NCBI RefSeq assembly: GCF_018350175.1
Contig: NC_058368.1
Location: 209,686,001-209,750,000 of the forward strand
DNA from: Felis catus
Taxonomy: Eukaryota
Length of the DNA stretch: 64,000 nt
Reading direction: 5' to 3'
Position 1 is the stretch's first letter, and every line of letters starts with the position of its first letter. The position numbers and the translations under genes are program-made. Shown piece by piece: positions 60,981 through 64,000 of the stretch. The notes below the pieces were generated by a model. That model was not told the origin of the DNA, did not search any database, and saw only the letters and a program-made list of their open reading frames with translations.

Positions 60981-61190
60981 TTATGAGTTTAATGTGTCCT
61001 CCCAAAAGAGAGATGTAGCTCAGAATGTGAACTTATTTGGAGACAGGGTCGTTGCAGATGTAATTAGTTAAGATGAGGTCATATTGGAGTTGGGTGGGCC
61101 CTTAATCCAGTATGACTGGTGTCCTTGTAAGGTGAAGGCACAGGGACACAAGGAGACTGCCACATGAAGATGGTCTATGGAGTGTAGACA
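60981..61190 (+). mobile_element. MaLR LTR 5' fragment (MLT1C-like)
   Basis: gcagatgtaattagttaagatgaggtcatattggag...ccttaatccagtatgactggtgtcctt. Confidence 0.85.
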
Positions 61191-62407
61191 CTTTAATGAG
61201 AAGAAAAGCAAGGTTAAGGGTAGGATTAACTGGCTACGCATGCAGCGGAAAGGGACAGATCCAGCTACCTTTGGCTCTGTCACGGCCCCTCACTCTTGTT
61301 GCTTTCCACTGTTCACCATTCCTGGGGTGTGTGCCCCTTCCCAAGCTCTTTCCCAGTGTTCCCAAATGGTGCTCAATAGACTGAGCTATCCACAGAAGGC
61401 ACTCTGATGAGGACAGAGTGGCATTGCTCTCAGAACTCCCTCAAAGGGAGGAATTTCCAGTTATACCTCCGCTCAAAGTTGGAGTACTTGAATTAGGAGA
61501 AGAAATCATTAAACAGGGGATCAAGGAAGGCCTTTGGTTTCAACTCCTAAGTGAAGCTAAATAACAAGAACTCATGGAAGGTATTAAAGGGAAATTCCTA
61601 GTGTTGATTTGTTGGGTTTTGGCATGTCCTTTCTTTTGGAACTTCTCCAATGAAAACTTCTAAGTCATTTTCTATTTGTAGAATTCTGTCATAGCTCAGG
61701 TTTGGCTTCTCCAACTGGTGCTTTCCTTAGATGAAGCATTCAGTAAGATGGAGCTAAAGAAAATAAACATTTAACTAGAATTACTATAATGTGCTTATAA
61801 TGAAAGGACAGGTTTAAAAAATAGTGTATATTAAAACTTAAGTTTCCTAAAGTAGCTTTTCCAAAATAACAAAACATCATTTGCTGGGTAGTGACCGAAG
61901 ATACACTGACTGGCTCTAGCTCTTTTTTGTTTAATGTGGAATAATTCTATATACTTCAAGGCCAAATTTGCTTCACTTAGCTTAATTGTCAGTTAGATGA
62001 ATGGAAAATAGCATGTTACTAATTCCAATTTATTTTGCTTTGATATAGTCAAAATTCATGCTGTGGGGAAAAAAAGGAGGTCAGATTCTGATCTGACAAC
62101 TTTTTCTTTTTTATTATTCATATTTTGCTATAATTGCTAACATTTAGCAAACAGTCCAACTAAATTACAAATAAAATACACAGCTGACATTTCTTCTCAT
62201 AAAAGGAAAATGTTAAGCCCAGTATAATTACAGAGAATGAAAAAAAGGCATACTGGTATGGTTAATTTTGTATTTTCTGTGAAGAAATACCATACATGAT
62301 GAAAACCTTTGTAAATAGGTTTCAAGTTGATTCTGTTTTGGTCAAAACTAGTTTCTTAAATCTGATTGCCCAGTTTTGGATTAATCTTCTTAAAGACAAT
62401 CAGTTCA

Positions 62408-62630
62408 GGGACACCTGGGTGGCTTAGTCTGTTGAGTGCCCGGCTCTTGATTTTGTCTCAGGTTATGATCTCACGGTTTGTGAGTTTGAGTTCTGCGTCA
62501 GGCTCCTCTCTGACAGTGAGCAGCCTCCTTGGGATTCTCTCTTTCTCTCTCTCTGGCCCTACCTCTCTCTCTCCCCCACTCTCTCTCTCTCAAAAATAAA
62601 CAAACTTAAAAAAAAACAAACAAACCAACG
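62408..62630 (+). mobile_element. CAN-SINE
   Basis: TSD aatcagttca at 62398-62407 and 62631-62640. Confidence 0.95.
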
Positions 62631-63014
62631 AATCAGTTCATATTATTCTCAACAAGACTGCTTTTCCAAAAGCCGTTAGGGAATCTAGTAGTTTTGTTTT
62701 TCATATATAACAAGTGTCATTTTTTCTGTTCAAAATGGTGCGTGTAGTTGTCTGAGGGGATTGGTGTTCCATAGATTTGCTATTAATAAAAGAAGCTCAA
62801 AATTGTTCATGGTAAGAAGAAATCTGGTAAAACCCATTATCCTGTATTACACTGATGCTTGGGAGCTTCTTTCTCTTTGAATGGGAATTGTCCTAGAAGT
62901 TGAAGGTTGTCTGTCTGGGCAACTTCAGTCCTCTTGGACTCTGGGACCATCGTTGAGTTAGGACTTATGTGTAGACATAAATAGGCAACCAGCTCTCTGG
63001 TGTGAGGAGTGTGT

Positions 63015-63335
63015 ATATAGGTGTTTGAACCTCAGTTTTTTCATCTGCAGAATGGAGGCAATTCTGCCTACTTCACTGGGTTTTTGAAGGGCTTTAAAAT
63101 GAAGCAATTTTTTAAAAGGTCTTTACACTATGTTAAAGGAGTGATAGAAAAATGGGAACTGATCATCATAAGGATTATGCTAGTAGTCTCTATACTCTGC
63201 ACATATTTATTCAGTGCCTTGTTTTTCTTTAAAATGGAGATGATGATATTGACCTACTTCAAAAGGTTGATGAGAACAACTAATTACTGTTGGTAAAACA
63301 CTTTGAAAACATTGAGTGTTATCTATGAAAATGCT
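63015..63335 (+). mobile_element. Two MIR fragments
   Basis: aacctcagttttttcatctgcagaatgga and tttaaaatggagatgatgatattgacctacttca MIR cores. Confidence 0.7.
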
Positions 63336-64000
63336 AAATACAGACTTCCCGATGCAGTTGAAAGGATTAATTAGGGAATGTTTGCTTGAACCTTGATCCC
63401 CTAATGAAAGGTGTTTCTCCTGTTGCTATTTTTGTGTTAACTATTATTTTGTGCCACAATTTGTTAGACAGTAAGTGTCATGTCTGGCTGGTTTTTAACT
63501 GTCTCCAGACGGAATTTTGATAATTTTTCTTTGAGAGATCAAATGCATCTCACATTGTAAAGTGTCTTGTCCAAGGTCATTCAACTAGACTGACCTTTGC
63601 TTATTTTGGGCTGTCACTTATGGCTTCCTAGATGTTCTCATCCAAGCCTCTCTTTCACGTTCTGCTTGAAATATTGTACTTAGTGATGGATTTTTAATAC
63701 TCTAACCCTCTATCTCTCTGAACATTTTTTTTCTTACTAATTACAAGAAAAAATTAAGAAGATTTTGAAAAAAATTGCTCTTGAAAAAACTTACTGAGAA
63801 TTAGGATTTGCATGAGAATAAAATATTGTCCCTTCTCTTTTCCAATACCTAAATTTGTAGGCATACAGGCTTATTCTCCTGTTTTATTCTCTTAATTCTC
63901 TTGGTGGCAAAAGGGACTGCCTTTAGACTATCCTCACCCCGAAGGGTAGTTGATGAAATTTCATTTTCCCTTCTTTCTAATGGATACAATTGCTCCAAGC

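Noticed and set aside
161..62630. tRNA genes suggested by A/B-box-like SINE heads
   Set aside because: All are tRNA-derived CAN-SINE heads followed by SINE body, (CT)n and A tail.
973..63296. The supplied ORFs as host protein-coding genes
   Set aside because: They are short, and most fall in SINEs (MAQSVK..., RERERE...), microsatellites, LTRs or L1/L2/ERV remnants. None resembles a host protein I recognise.

Overview
Mammalian, repeat-rich, non-coding DNA, almost certainly from a felid. It holds about 40 tRNA-derived CAN-SINEs, five of them near-identical, CpG-intact SINEC_Fc-type copies with clean target-site duplications (TSDs). No host protein-coding exon could be recognised. The supplied ORFs are SINE/microsatellite read-throughs, decayed transposon ORFs (L1 ORF2, L2 ORF2, ERV-L gag/pol) or unassignable. 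The window is a layered transposon fossil record: L2/MIR, old and carnivore L1 fragments, many MaLR (MLT1) LTRs, LTR16/LTR33-type ERV-L LTRs and hAT MITEs. The most informative items are: (1) a minus-strand ERV-L pol remnant (RT-tether-RNaseH-integrase, ~45.5-49.8 kb) cut into five collinear pieces by nested LTRs and SINEs, with an apparent excess of G-to-A changes; (2) an LTR + tRNA-Leu primer-binding site + gag start at ~25.7-27.6 kb; (3) a 3'-truncated, tailless U4 snRNA retrocopy with a perfect TSD at 32.8 kb; (4) several SINE-in-SINE nests, a minisatellite born inside a SINE, and a few hairpins and splice-like motifs in unique DNA. I found no convincing evidence of a previously undescribed biological system. 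Repeat subfamily names come from remembered consensus sequences and need RepeatMasker/Dfam confirmation, and boundaries of old repeats are approximate.
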